Assembly (NCBI RefSeq): GCF_963921235.1
Contig: NC_086097.1
Location: forward strand, 113,772,001-113,836,000
Length of the DNA stretch: 64,000 nucleotides
Reading direction: 5' to 3'
From: Mobula hypostoma
Taxonomy: Eukaryota
Below are positions 11,633 to 24,660 of this stretch, piece after piece; the first letter of the stretch is position 1; each line of letters begins with the position of its first letter. Position numbers and translations under genes: made by a program. A model generated the notes under the pieces. That model saw only the letters and a program-made list of their open reading frames with translations, was not told the DNA's origin and did not search any database.

Positions 11633-12745
11633 TCAGTACTTAGTAACACCCCCTTTGGCAAGTATCACAGCTTGTAAACGCTTTCTGTAGCCAGCTAAGA
11701 GTCTTTCATTTCTTGTTTGGGGGATTTTCGCCCATTCTTCCTTGCAAAAGGCTTCTAGTTCTCTGAGATTCTTGGGCCGTCTTGCATGCATTGCTCTTTT
11801 GAGGTCTATCCACAGATATTCGAAGATGTTTAGGTCGGGGGATTGTGAGGACCATGGTAAAACCTTCAGCTTGCACCTCTTGAGGTAGTCCATTGTGGAT
11901 TTTGAGGTGTATTTGGGATCATTATCCTGTTGTAGAAGCCATCCTCTTTTCATCTTCAGCTTTTTTATGGACGGTGCGATGTTTGCTTCCCGAATTTGCT
12001 GGTATTTAATTGAATTCATTCTTCCCTCTACCAGTGAAATGTTCCCCCATGTCACTGGCTGCAACACAAGCCCAAAGCATGATCGATCCACCCACGTGCT
12101 TAACAGTTGGAGAGGTGTTCTTTTCATGAAGTTCTGCACCCTTTTTTCTCCAAACATACCTTTGCTCATTGTGGCCAAAAAATTCTATTTTAATTTCATG
12201 AGTCCACAGGACTTGTTTCTAAAATGCATCAGGTTGTTTAGATGTTCCTTTGCAAACTTCTGAAGCTGAATTTTGTGATGAGGACACAGGAAAGGTTTTC
12301 TTCTGATGTCTCTTCCATGAAGGCCATATTTGTGCAGGTGTTGCTGCACTGTAGAACAGACCACTACAGAGTCTGCTAAATCGTCCTGAAGGTTTTTCAC
12401 AGTCAAACGGGCATTTTGATTTGCCTTTCTAGTAATCCTATGAGCAGTTCTCTCGGAAAGTTTTCTTGGTCTTCCAGACCTCAACTTGACCTCCACCGTT
12501 CCTGTTAACTGCCATTTCTTAATTACATTACGAACTGAGGAAATGGCTACCTGAAAATGCTTTGTTATCTTCTTATAGCCTTCTCCTGCTTTGTGGGCAT
12601 CATTTATTTTAATTTTCAGAGTGCTAGGCAGATGCTTAAAAGGAGCATGATTACTGATTGTTGGGACAAGGTTTGAGAAGTCAGGGTACTTATAAAACAT
12701 TGAAATTTGCATCGCCTGGCTTTTCCTAATGATGACTGTGAACAA
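11633..12745 (-). pseudogene. Tc1 transposase, frameshifted
   Basis: ORFs 12185-12745 (HTH region GYKKI...SGRPRKLS) and 11633-12178 (QQDNDPK, SPDLNIFE, AKGGVTKY*). The first catalytic D motif reads LWTHE rather than WTDE. Confidence 0.9.
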
Positions 12746-15039
12746 GCCATAGCCCTAACAAGCTAATTAAGGTCTGAGACCTTGGTAAAAGTTATCTGAG
12801 AGCTCAAATCTCTTAGGGTGCCCAAATTTTTGCATGGTGCTCCTTTCCTTTCTTACACTCTAAAATTGTACAAAACAAAAACAATACACTAGTCTTGTTT
12901 AAAATGTTGAAAAGAACGTTTCATCTTTAACTTTATGACTTTTGGAGATCAGCTCATCTTCTACTCACTTAGCTATTCAGTAACAGAAATTTTGACCAGG
13001 GGTGCCCAAACTTTTGCATACCACTGTATGTTATTATTTTTGGAAACTCCAAAACATAAAAACTAATTGAAAGCAAAACATAGGAAGTCCATATTGCGTG
13101 TCTGATATCATTATTACTTTAAAGTGAGATAAGTGCATATTTACAACATTAGTATAAAGTATCCAGAAAAGAAGTAATGAAGGGAATTAGGAGAACCTGG
13201 ATGGTCCGTGAAACGTCCTCAGCAAAGGATCAAGGAGAGTTTTGGGCTGAAGTATCGAATGTATTTTTTTTCCATTGACGCTGTCTGGCCTGCTGAGTTC
13301 ATGTTATAAAATTTGGGTGCTTGTTCAGGATACCTTCTTGTGATCCATCATGTGGCTAGTCATCTCACACTTGGACCCGTTTGGGTTCATGAAGCATCAC
13401 AAATATGGCAAAGAACTTAACTGGTAAATATAAAATGTGGTGTGTTTATGCGTGGTCATTCAGTGAAATAGGGCTACCACTTGCGAAGGGTAGTTATTGA
13501 AGGTTTGGGACAGCAGGGGGTGTGTATACTTGCTCTGGGAACTTTGTTTTAGCATGTGCGTTTGCAAATGTGTGTGTGTTTTAACAATACATCTGCAACC
13601 TTCGTATAAGAGTTAGATGCAAAAGAATACAACAGGTGTTCAGAGTTCAGATGCACATCAGTGGCAGATTGCAGAGTACATACAGTTTGTACTGTTTCAT
13701 TTGTATCCATCATCTATATTTTGTAGAGTGTGGGAGCTAGTGTGGAGATACTTCAGGGAGTGGTTTTACACAGATAAGTCTGTCAGGACGGCACCTATTG
13801 AGTTCAAGTAATGTAAGGTTGAGAACCCTGATGATCCAAGCCAACTATTGACCTTCATTATGACCATTCATAAGCCCGTCACCCCCGGGAGAAGCAGAGC
13901 ACTTTGTCAGTGTTGCCTTCACTTAAAGTTGCATGTGGGAATTCAGAATACTGGTGCAAGCTCAAGGAAATGGTTGAAATTCACCAGATGCACCTTAAAG
14001 ATGTACATGTGCTGGTAAGAGCAAAGTGACCGAGGAATATATGGGATAGTATGGCCCAGGGAGTGCAGAATGGCACATGGGCAATGACAGGAAATGCCAG
14101 GAATGAAGAGAGGTAATGTTTCTTTTAAGAAGAAGCGAGGCAGGGACTGAGGGGAGGTGGGAGTAACAGGGGAGCGATAATGTCAGTGATTCAGAGAGTT
14201 GACAAGCCAGCTATGAGTTATACAGAATGTATATTGAGTGTATGAGGAGTATTCAGGGTTGGATAATCTAGGGAGGGATGACCCAGTTTTCCTGAAAATG
14301 CTGAAGGAAGACTTGAGCTCAGCCCCCCCCAGGAAGTTTTAGATTTGGGGACAGCGGTGGGATTGACCTTCTCTGTGATAGTCTCATGGGCAGTGTGATA
14401 GGCAAGAGGAGGGGGAGAAGTCATAAAGTGGCTGCAGTGAATGTAGCTGCTGTGACATCACAGAGAACTTACTTTGTGTGTCAGCAACCGGGGCACATAG
14501 CAAGGAACTGCTGGAATAGATGTGGGAGGGTAAAGGAGATGATTTATTACAGCTGCAGCTACTCAGGCCATGGTTGAAGGCAGTGTCCTGAAATCAGAGG
14601 AAAGTGTAAATAGCACTTTTTAAAGTAGGCAGAATCCACAGCATTCTCTTTCCAATTTGGCTGCAGACCAGGTTATAGAGCTGGCGAGGTCAGACAAACG
14701 GCTGATGGCCACTTCTATTGCCAGTGGTGGTCTTCCGCGGATGTACACAAGAGGTTTATTAGGGGGCCAGCAATGATAACTGTCAGTTGGCACGGGGTCG
14801 GGGTTGTCAGTATCGATAACTGATCTACCCCTACCCACGACTGGAGAAGCGATTTACATTACCAGTGCAGGAGGTGAAACAATGAGGGTGGAGAGAAATC
14901 AGCCCCAGGTACTTGAGATTGAAGGAGTGCAGCTTCCTGTAGATTTCTGGGTGTGCCCAGACAATGAAGGTACTCTCCTCGGGACAGACACACTGAGTAA
15001 GGCAGGTGCAGTAATAGACTCAAGATAAGGAGAAATAGC

Positions 15040-18000
15040 AACATAGAAAACCCACAGCACAATACAGGCCCATCGGCCCACAAGGCTGTGCCCAACATGT
15101 CCCTACCTTAGAAAATACTTGGGGTTACCCATAGCCCTCTATTTTTCTAAGCTCCATGTACCTATCTAGGAGTTTCTTAAAAGACCCTATCGTATCCGCC
15201 TCCACCACCGTTGCCAGCAGCCCATTCCACGCACACACTCTCTGTGTAAAAAAAAACAACTCTGACACTTCTTCTGTATCTGCTTCCAAGCACCTTAAAA
15301 CTGTTCCCTCTTGTGCTAGTCATTTCAGCCCTGGGAAAAAGCCACTGGCTATCCACACGATCAATGTCTCTCATCATCTTGTACACCTCTATCACGTCAC
15401 CTCTCAACATCTGTCGCTCCAAGGAGAAAAGGCCGAGTTCACTCACCCTAGTCTCATAAGGCATGCTGAGCACAGTACTCCAAGTGGGGTCTAAACAGGG
15501 TCCTATATAGCTGCAACATAACAGGAATTCTGCAGATGCTGGAAATTCAAGCAACATACATCAAAGTTGCTGGTGAACGCAGCAGGCCAAGCAGCATCTA
15601 TAGGAAGAGGTGCAGTCGACGTTTCGGGCCGAGACCCTTGACGAAGGGTCTCGGCCCGAAACGTCGACTGCACCTCTTCCTATAGATGCTGCTTGGCCTG
15701 CTGCGTTCACCAGCAACTTTGATGTATGTTAGCTGCAACATTATCTCTTGGTTCTTAAACTCAAATCCACGATTGATGAAGTTCAATGCACCGTATGCCT
15801 TCTTAACCACAGAGTCAACCTGCGCAGCAGTTTTGAATGTTTTATGGACTTGGACCCCAAGATCCCTCTGATCCTCCACACTGCCAAGAGTCTTACCATT
15901 AATACTATATTCTGACATCATATTTGACCTACTAAAATGAATCACTTCACACTTATCTGGGTTGAAATCCATCTGCCACTTTTCAGTCCAGTTTTGCACC
16001 CTCTCAATGTCCCGCTGTAACCTCTGACAGCCCTCCACCTTATCCACAACACCCCAACCTTTGTGTTATCAGCAAATTTACCAACCCATCCCTCTATTTC
16101 CTCATTCAGGTTACTTATAAAAATTATGAAGAGTAGGGGCATCCCAGAACAGATCCCCGAGGCACACCACTGGTCACTGACCTCCATGCAATATATGACC
16201 CATCTACAACCTCTCTTTGCCTTCTGTGGGCAAGCCAGTTCTGGATCTACAAAGCAATGTCCCCTTGGATCCCATGCCCCCTTACTTTCTCAATAAGCCT
16301 TGCATGGGGTACCTTAACAAATGCCTTGCTGAAATCCATATACACTAGATCTACTGCTCTACCTTCAATGTGTTTAGTCGCATCCTCAAAAAATTCGATC
16401 AGGCTTGTAAGGCACGATCTGCCTTTCACAAAGCCATGCAGACTATTCCTATTCATATTATGCCCCACCAGATGTTCATAAGTCCTGCCTCTCAGGATCT
16501 TCTCCATCAACTTACCAACCACTGAAATAAAGATTCACTGGTCTATAATTTCCTGGGCTATCTCTACTCCCTTTCTTGAATAAGGGAATAACATCCGCAA
16601 CTCTCCAATCCTCCGTAACCTCTCCCGTCCCCATTGATGATGCAGAGATCATCGCCAGAGGCTCAGCAATCTCCTCCCTCGCCTCCCACAGTAGCCTGGG
16701 GTACATCCCGTCCAGTCCCGGTGACTTATCCAACCTGATGTTTTCAAAAAGCTCCAGCACATCCTCTTTCTTAATATCTACAAGTTCAAGCTTTTCAGTC
16801 CACTGTAAGTCATCCCTACAATCACTAAGATCCTTTTCTGTAATGCATACTGAAACAAAGTATTCATTAACTTTGCTATCTCCTCTGGTTCCATACAGTT
16901 TTCCACTGTCACACTTGATTGGTCCTATTCTCTGACATCTTATCCTCTTGCTTTTCACATACTTGTCGAATGCCTTGGGGTTTTCCTGAATCCTGTCTGC
17001 CAAGGCCTTCTCATGGCCCCTTCTGGCTCTCCTAATTTCATTCTTAAGCTCATTCCTGTTCACCTTATAATCGTCTAGATCTCTATCATTATCTAGTTTT
17101 TTGAACCTTTCATAAGCTTTTCTTTTCTTCTTCACGAGATTTACAACAGCCTTTCTACACCTTGGTTCCTGTACCTTACCATCCTTTCCCTGTCTCATTA
17201 GAACATACCTGCAAATATCCCCTGAACATTTGCCATCATTTCTTCTGTACATTTCCCTGAGAACATCTGTTCCCAATTTATGCTTCTAAGTTCCTGCCTG
17301 ATAGCCTCATATTTCCCCTTACTCCAATTAAACACTTTGCTAACTTGTCTGTTCCTATCCCTCTCCAACACTATGGTAAAGGAGACAGAATTGTGATCAC
17401 TGTCTCCAAAATGCTCTCCCACTGAAAGATCTCACACCTGACCAGGTTCATTTCCCAATTCCAGATCAAGCACAGCCTCTCCTCTTGTAGGCTTATCTAC
17501 ATATTGTGTCAAGAAACCTTCCTGAACACACCTAACAATCTTCACCCCATCTAAACCCCTCACTCTAGGGAGATGCCAATCAATATTTGGGAAGTTTAAA
17601 TCTCCCACAACAACCCTGTTATTATTACACCTTTCCAGAATCTGTCTCCCTATCTGCTCAATGTCCCTGTTACTATTGGGAAGTCTATAAAGAACACCCA
17701 GTAGAGCTATTGATCCCTTCCTGTTCTTAACTTCCACCCACAGAGACTACGTAGATGATCCCTCCATGACCCCCTCCTTTTCTGCAGCCATGACACTATA
17801 TCTGATCAACAGTGCCACACCCCCACCTCTTTTGCGTCCGTCCCTGTCCTTTCTGAAACATCTAAAGCCTGACACTTGAAGTAACCCTTCCTGCCCCTGT
17901 GCCATCCAAGTCTCTGTAATGGCCACAACATCATAGCTCCAAGTCCTGATCCACGCTCTAAGCTCATCCGCTTTGTTCATAATCCTTGCATTAAAATAGA

Positions 18001-19230
18001 AACATCTCAAAGCATCAGTCTGAGCGTGTCCCCTCTCTAACACCTGCCTTTCCTCCCTCTTGCATTGTCTCCAAGCTTTCTCTATTTGTGAGAGAACTTC
18101 ATTTTGGTTCCCATCCCCCAACAATTCTAGTTTAAGCTCTCCCCAATAGCCTTAGCAAACCTCCCCACCAGGATATTGGTCCTCCTGAGATTCAAGTGCA
18201 ACTTGTCCTTTTTGTACAGGTCACACCTGCCCCTGAAGAGGTCCCAATGATCCAGAAATCTGAATCCCTACCCCCTGCTCCAATCCCTCAGCCACACATT
18301 TATCCTCCACCTCACTCTATTCCTATACTCACTGACACGTGGCACAGACAATAATCCCAAATTCACTACCTTTGTGGTCCTGCTTCTCAACTTCCTTCCT
18401 CACTCCTTTAGTCTGTTTTCAGGACCTCCTCCCTTTTCCTACGTATGTCATTGGTACCAATATGTACCACGATCTCTGGCTGTTCTCCTTCCCATTTCAG
18501 GATATTGTGGACATGATCAGAAACATCCTGGACCCCAGCACCTGGGAGGCAAACTACCATCCGTGTTTCTTTCCTGCGACCACAGAATTCCCTGTCTGAC
18601 CCCCTAATTATAGAGTCCCCTATCACTGCTGCCACCCTCTTCCTTTCCCTACCCTTCTGAGCCACAGGGCCAGACTCTGTGCCAGAGGCACAACCCACTG
18701 TTGCTTTCCCCAGGTAGGCCATCCCTCCTAACAGTACTCAAACAGGAGTACTTATTGTTTAGGGGGACAGCCACAGGGGTACTCTCCAGTATCTGACTCT
18801 TGCCCTTTCCTCTCCTGTCTGCTATCCCACTTATTTGTCTCTCCAGGCCCCGGTGTGACTACCTGCCTATAACTCTTATCTATCACCTCCTCACTTTCCC
18901 TGACCAGACAAAAGTATTCAAGCTGCATCTCCAGTTCCCCAACACGGTCTCTAAGGAGCTGCAGCGCGACACAACTGGCGCAGATGTGGCCGTCCGGGAG
19001 GCTGGGAGTCTCCAGGACTTCCCACATCCTACACCCAGCACAGAACACCAGCCCCACGCACATGCTTCCTGTCTGTATTCTACACAGGCAACCTACCTCG
19101 CCTCAACCCATCATTGCTGAAGCCCTGTTAAACCAAAGCCCTCTACTCTGTTGCCCGCTCTATAAAGCTGTCTTCTTTTAAACTCTTCTTGCTGTTCTAA
19201 CTGGCTGACGTCCACGCACTTGCACAGTCA
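15040..19230 (-). mobile_element. CR1 LINE, near full length, multiply frameshifted
   Basis: ORF1 has a zinc finger, leucine zipper and SGNH esterase (CAGC...CASC, GDSIIRG, HIGTND). ORF2 EN and RT fragments include AITETW, GDLN, SDHN, DFSKAF and FADN. The (TTCTATGT) tail is at about 15041. Confidence 0.9.
15520..15730. mobile_element. Penelope-derived palindromic mini-element inside the CR1
   Basis: Perfect 87-bp inverted arms (15553-15639 and 15644-15730) with a 4-nt loop. TSD agctgcaacat at 15509-15519 and 15731-15741. Confidence 0.88.
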
Positions 19231-21179
19231 TGCCTCGATAACACGGACAAGAGAGGGACAGCGAACAGGTGACCTGCAAAGCAGCTAATGTGGTGCACAG
19301 AGACAGCTCCAAGCTGGAAGGAGGGATAGGGTGACGTTTGGGCATCATGTCAGAAGGTCCCAAGGGGAGCGGCCAAGCACAGTCAGAAGTGGTTAGATGT
19401 AGTGTGGCTGCCTGAGGGGGTAGAGGTGATTAAAGTCAAGGCTCACCAGAAAGAGGATAGTAAAGAGCAGAAAAGGAAGGTATGACTCACCTTCTTGTTA
19501 ACACCACAGACAGAGTAGGAGATCAAGCGTACCAGCAACAGTGTCGTTGCAGGCGAGCACCAGTCAACTGCATCAGACCTGACCACAGCAAGTGCGAAGG
19601 CAGAGGACACAGTGCACAACACCAACCAGGAACAGCATATTAAAGTGCACCATTAGTCATCAATGAAGGCTGGTTGCTGAAAGCAGATGATTGCTTGTAC
19701 TGTTTGGACTAGAAAAAGGTATTAGGGAAAATCAATGGGAAGCAATCAGAATTACAGCAGAGACATCAAATTCACAACTTTGACAGCATGGAAGATTGTG
19801 AGAGAAGAAATTGTGCATGACATCTGAAGACATTCACCACAGCCTGAATAGAGAGTGAATACAAATGAGCTGGGCCCTTTTAATCAAATGGACAGGCAGC
19901 AGGGGGTGCCACCAGGGTGAGGTCCTTGCTGTCATTCAAATGGAGACCACTGCAAACCCTGCTGTACATCAATGAGAGGGTCTGTGAGCCTCATACATTG
20001 ACCTTGCTGGTGTCCCTGGAAAGAGAGGAACCATTGGTAGCCACTGCAGAGTTTTAGCTATCAGAGACTGAAGGGGTGAAGATAAAGAATGTGATTAGAT
20101 TGCAATCAGCCAGCAGGGAAAGAAACAACAGGTGTACAATGACAAAGCTGCATTTTAAAGACTGCTGGTCTAACTTCTGGAGCAATCTCTCTGCTTAACA
20201 TCTTGTAAATAGCCATTAGGGATGATAGGGTAGATGTAGATGCACATAGAGTAATTGGGAGAGTTCCAAACAGGGCATTTCTGCTGCCCTATTTGAGTAG
20301 ATCCTCCTTAAGGATGGCCTTTCCTGGTACAAATTTGTTTTCTGTCCAGGAGGGCCAAGAGTAGGGACTGTAAGAACATATTCTGGATTTAGGATGTATT
20401 GCAAAATATTAACCAGCCACCAATCTTTAGACCTGAATATGGACTGTAGATTAAATTTAAAATGCAGCTCTGGACAATAGGTTCCTAGAGCTGTTAATTG
20501 AAAAACCAGACACTGCGGATTAATTCACTTTGCTAGTCTGCAGAGTGGGTGTGAAGATGGAGGGGTGAAAGTTGTATGTAGTTCAAAGGAAGCATTGTAG
20601 ATATATTGTAAATCTAGAATTGTCCTTTCATCTTTAGCATATAAAATGTCAAGTAATGTTGAGGCAAACAGGCCCCTTCCTCTGAAATTGGCTAAATATG
20701 ACTCTTATTTTGTGAGCTACATCTCTCTGGTGAGTTTGTTCACATTACAACATGCATGAAAAATAAAGTTAATCTCTCATCTTTTTTTGTAAAACTTACT
20801 ATCCAGATGAAACTTGACAACCTTTGTATTCTATGTAAGACAATGCCAGTAAAGAAAAACATTCTCTATTTTCATTTCATTAAGAAACTGTAGGCCAGGT
20901 TTTTTAAGATCACATACATCCCTACTTTATACAGTTTGTATTTGATTTCCCCAGGTGCACTCTATTTCAATTAAACATACATTCTTATTACTCAGATGTG
21001 GCCATACTTGCAAGTTGTTATTTACTGCTATCTGTAGTTAGCCATGCGGCAATTACTTTTAATAAAAGTTTTTTCTCGGCTATTTCCACAGGAAGTAAAA
21101 GATTGGCACCATCATGAAATCACATCCAGGCAAGTCTAGAAAGAAGTGATAAACTGCCTTTGCTAAAGGTCAGTTTTGA

Positions 21180-21523
21180 GGGAAGGGGTGGAGATGTAAG
21201 GTGCCCCTTCCCTCTGCTGGCCTGCAGGTCACCCTTCAGGTATATGTTTATTGAATAGCAGAACGAAAGTGTTACACCTGCTGAGCCCCACCGATCAGGG
21301 TCACATGCAGTCATGGGAGCAGCTGGTGTATCTCACAAGTCCTGGTTCTGTGATCAATGACGTCAGGCAGACAAGCTCTGAGGAGTATTGATAATGGCTG
21401 GTGTCACCCATCTTGTGAAGAAGACACTGCATAGAAGAAGGCACTTCTGTAGAAAGTTTGCCAAGAACAACGAGACCATGACCGCCCACGTCATACGACA
21501 TGACTCATAATGATGATGATGAC
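21180..21523 (+). mobile_element. RTE-related SINE-like repeat with an (ATG)n tail
   Basis: Homologous in opposite orientation to 30290-30655. Ends in atgatgatgatga. Confidence 0.5.
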
Positions 21524-21593
21524 ACTGAAAGGACATCTTATTCATTTTCTCTAATGCGATGTTGAAAATTTTACTGATTTTAATTAGCATGAT

Positions 21594-21610
21594 TTTATTT
21601 CACGTTTATT
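21594..21610 (-). promoter_or_regulatory. Candidate CNDP2 polyadenylation signals
   Basis: Two AATAAA hexamers on the minus strand (tttatt on plus), about 390 nt downstream of the stop codon. Confidence 0.4.
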
Positions 21611-21993
21611 AAGTTCAGGTTTATTGAGTAACAGAACGAACGTGTGAGGAGGAGGCGTTCAGCTAATCTATGTGGTAGAGTTACCTAATTAGGCACACTT
21701 CCCCTCTACAGTCCGTGAAATTCTCACAATTCAAGCACTTATCCTATTTTGAGAAAGATATTGCACAATCAACTTCCCAGGCAGTAAACATGAAAATGTA
21801 TATTCCAAATTTACATTACAATCAAAACCAAAGCTGGTATCTTTAATATTCACATATTAATTACATAATCTACCTTCTTCTATAACAAATCACTGTTTCT
21901 TATTCTGGCTCTGCACAGTTTTTGATTGAGGGAATATTACTGGATGCAGTGCTGTGGAAAGCACTTCAGCAGTTCATCAATCCAGAACTGTCG

Positions 21994-22060
21994 TCACTTC
22001 AGACAGGAAATTTCATGGAAGTAAGCACCCAGCATCTTGATTCCCTGAATATAGTTGGTT
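21994..22060 (-). CDS. CNDP2: CNDP2 last coding exon: (R)TNYIQGIKMLGAYFHEISCLK*
   Basis: AG acceptor at 22062-22061, phase 2 matching the upstream exon, TGA at 21996-21994, and a match to the CNDP2 C-terminus. Too short for the ORF track. Confidence 0.9.
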
Positions 22061-22759
22061 CTGTTGGAAGAATAATAATAAATTTTAAAAGTTGCAAGTT
22101 TCCTTTGTGGTTCCAGTCCTGTTATTCCCTGCTCTCCAACTCAAACACTCCCTGAAACTGTCTGTTTTTATCACCTGGGAAAAGAGTCCAGTCCATGTTT
22201 TGGCCCAGAACGTCAACTGTACTCTTTTCCTAGATGCTTCCAGGCTTGCAGAGTTCCTCCAGCATTTTGTGTGTTACTCGGAATTCCAGCATCTGCAGAT
22301 TTTCTCGTTGGTAAATTTATTACCTATGCTTTCCCCTTTACATTCCACCCAAATCTGGACTCTGGTTGCTCATGCCTCAAACATCAATTCTGCTATTGAA
22401 TTTTTCTCCCAGTACTCCTCCATTGTGTCCTTGAAATGCACCCCTTCACCGCACACTCAAGTTTGAAAACATTTATTTTTTTCAATACTCTTCAGCCAAC
22501 TGTTCTATGGTTTGCTTTACATTGACATTGAAGACGTTGGAATAAAAATGCAAAGTTTTCTTTGGTTGCACAACATTCAAATACACACAATAACTGCTTT
22601 CTGAACAGAAAGTTATTTATGATACATTTCAATGCAATAGTTTGAGGGTTTTTGCATTCTTACTATTCCCCTTGAAAGTACCAGTGTTGAACAATGGTTT
22701 TGCAGCCCTCTGCTGGAAGGAGGGAGCAAAGCAAGGCCTTATTTCACTCTCATAAGTGC

Positions 22760-23850
22760 ATGAGATTCTGCAGATGCAGGAAATCTAGAGCCACAAAGAG
22801 AAAATATTGGAGGAGCTCAGTAGGTCATACCATCTAGGGAGAGTAATAAACAATCAACATTTCAGGCCGAGACCCTTCATCCGCACTGGAAAGCAAGGGG
22901 TGAAGATGTCATAATGAAAAGATGGGGTAAGGGGAAGGAGCACAAGTTAGGTGATAGGTGAAGCCAGGTGGATGAGGGAGGGGAACAAAGTAAGAAGCTG
23001 GGAGGTGATAGGTGGAAAGGGAAATGGGCTGGAGAAGAAATCTGATAGGAGAGGAGAGTAGACCAGACCATGGGAGAAAGGGAGGAGCGGGGAGGTGATA
23101 GGCAGGTGGGAAGAGGTAAGAGGCCAGAATGGGAATAAAAGAAGAGGGAAGGGGGAGGAAAGAAAGTTCCAGAAAGTGAAATTGATGTTTATGCCATCAG
23201 CTTGGAGGCTATTTGGACCAAATACAATGTTTTGCTCCTCCACCCTGAGAGTGGCCCCATCATGGCAGAAGGGGAGGCCATAAACCAACACGTAATGGCA
23301 ATGGCAATGGGGATAGGAATTTAAATATTCGGCCATTGGGAAATTACCTCATGAACCTCCAAATCCACAAATCGTTCTTCGCAACTTCCACTAGCTTCAG
23401 CGACATCTGATCTCCAAACACATCTTTACTTCCAACCCATTCTCTGCTTCCACTGTGATCCCCTTGCCTATTTATCCCTCCCCACTAATCTCCCTCCTGG
23501 CATGTACCCTTGCAAGCGACAGAAGTGCTACACCTGTCTACTTATCTCCTACCTCAACTCCATTCAGGGCCCCAAACAGTCCTTCCAGGTAAGGCAACAC
23601 TTTACCTATGAATCCACTGGGGTCATCTACTGTATCCAGCACTCCCGATGTGGCCTTCTTTACGTTGGTGAGACCCAACAGAAATTTGGGAACCACTTTG
23701 TCGAGCACCTCTGCTCCATCAGCGATAAGATGAATTTCCCAGTAGCCAACCATTTTAAATCCTATCTTCATTCCTGTTCTGACTGATCATTCCTCTCTAC
23801 AGATGCTGCCCGACCTGCTGAGTTCCTCCAGCATTTTGTGTGTTGCTTAT
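22760..23850. mobile_element. Penelope-like element remnant with inverted 3' part and GIY-YIG endonuclease fragment
   Basis: ORF 23502-23786 reads CKRQKCYTC...GVIYCIQHSRCGLLYVGETQQ...RF-like VEHL (GIY-YIG). The termini match the ctgcagatgctggaaat / gatgctgcctggcctgctgagttcctccagcatt family. Confidence 0.75.
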
Positions 23851-24214
23851 CTTGCTCTGACTTTAAACATTATTCTCCAGTCACCATCCATCTACATCCA
23901 ACTCCTAGGCCCAAAATGCAGACACCACTTGGACCTTTCTAATTATGATCCCATTAGCTTCCAATTCCTTATAAAAGCACCCAAATAACATTCTATAAAC
24001 TCAATGTATCTTTGATGTAAATCAATGTATAAAAATTGGCTTTTAAGGAGACTATTTACAGCCCTCTTCTTTTGAGGAAAAATGCTCATTTTGTTGATCA
24101 TATTTTTGAAGAGTATTTTCCCTATTACTTTGCAGGGTGTAATAATAGGCAAAACACTCGAGTCATTAGGTAATAGCGTATGGATAAGAGATTGAAACTA
24201 TGTTCCCTCAATGA

Positions 24215-24660
24215 AAATAGAACATAGAACATTACGGCACAGTACAGACTCTTTGGCCCACAATGTTATGCCGGTCTTTTAAGCTACTCTAGATCAATCT
24301 AACCCTTCCTTCCTGCATAACCCTCCATTTTTTAAAAATCATTCACGTGCCTATCTTCAACACCCTAATGTATCTGCCTCTACCAGTACCATGTCTGGCA
24401 GGGCATTCCACGCACCCACCACTCCCTGTGTAAAGGAAGTAGCTCTAACAACCACCTATACTTTCTTCCAATCACCTTAAAATTACACCATATTATATTA
24501 GCCATTTTAGCCCTGGGAGAAAATGTCTCTGGCTATCCACTCTATCTAAGCTTCTTATCATCTTGTACACCTCTATTAAGTCACCTCTCATCCTCCTTCA
24601 CTTCAAAGAGAAAAGCCCTAGCTCACCCAACCTATCTTCATAAGACATGCCCTCTCGTCT
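24215..24660 (-). mobile_element. CR1 3'-end fragment
   Basis: (atagaac)n tail and similarity to 15040-15460. Confidence 0.7.

Larger units (their letters stand above)
1..13026 (-). mobile_element. Tc1/mariner DNA transposon of IR/DR type, split by a LINE insertion at 110-11619; the left TIR runs off the window
   Basis: The right end is ...ggggtgcccaaacttttgcataccactg|TA (13026). An inner direct repeat gggtgcccaaatttttgca lies at about 12816. Its reverse complement gcaaaagtttggacaccc is at 82-99, and 1-100 resembles the reverse complement of 12816-12910. Transposase remnants lie at 11633-12745. Confidence 0.9.
13680..20370 (+). mobile_element. Highly decayed, internally deleted ERV-like element (gag-pro ... 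RNase H-IN), split by a CR1 at about 15040-19240
   Basis: Two zinc-knuckle remnants (CQQPGHIARNC, CSYSGH at 14478-14577). Protease remnant LSVGTGS...TLLGTDTL (14780-15028). Retroviral RNase H tail LDVVWLPEGVEVIKVKAHQK (19393-19452). Integrase-like scraps at about 19770-20110 and a purine tract plus TG at about 20355-20371. Boundaries are approximate and LTRs were not identified. Confidence 0.55.

Noticed and set aside
20369..20800. 3' LTR of the ERV-like element
   Set aside because: A purine tract, TG and a downstream AATAAA are present, but I found no matching 5' copy near 13030-13680.
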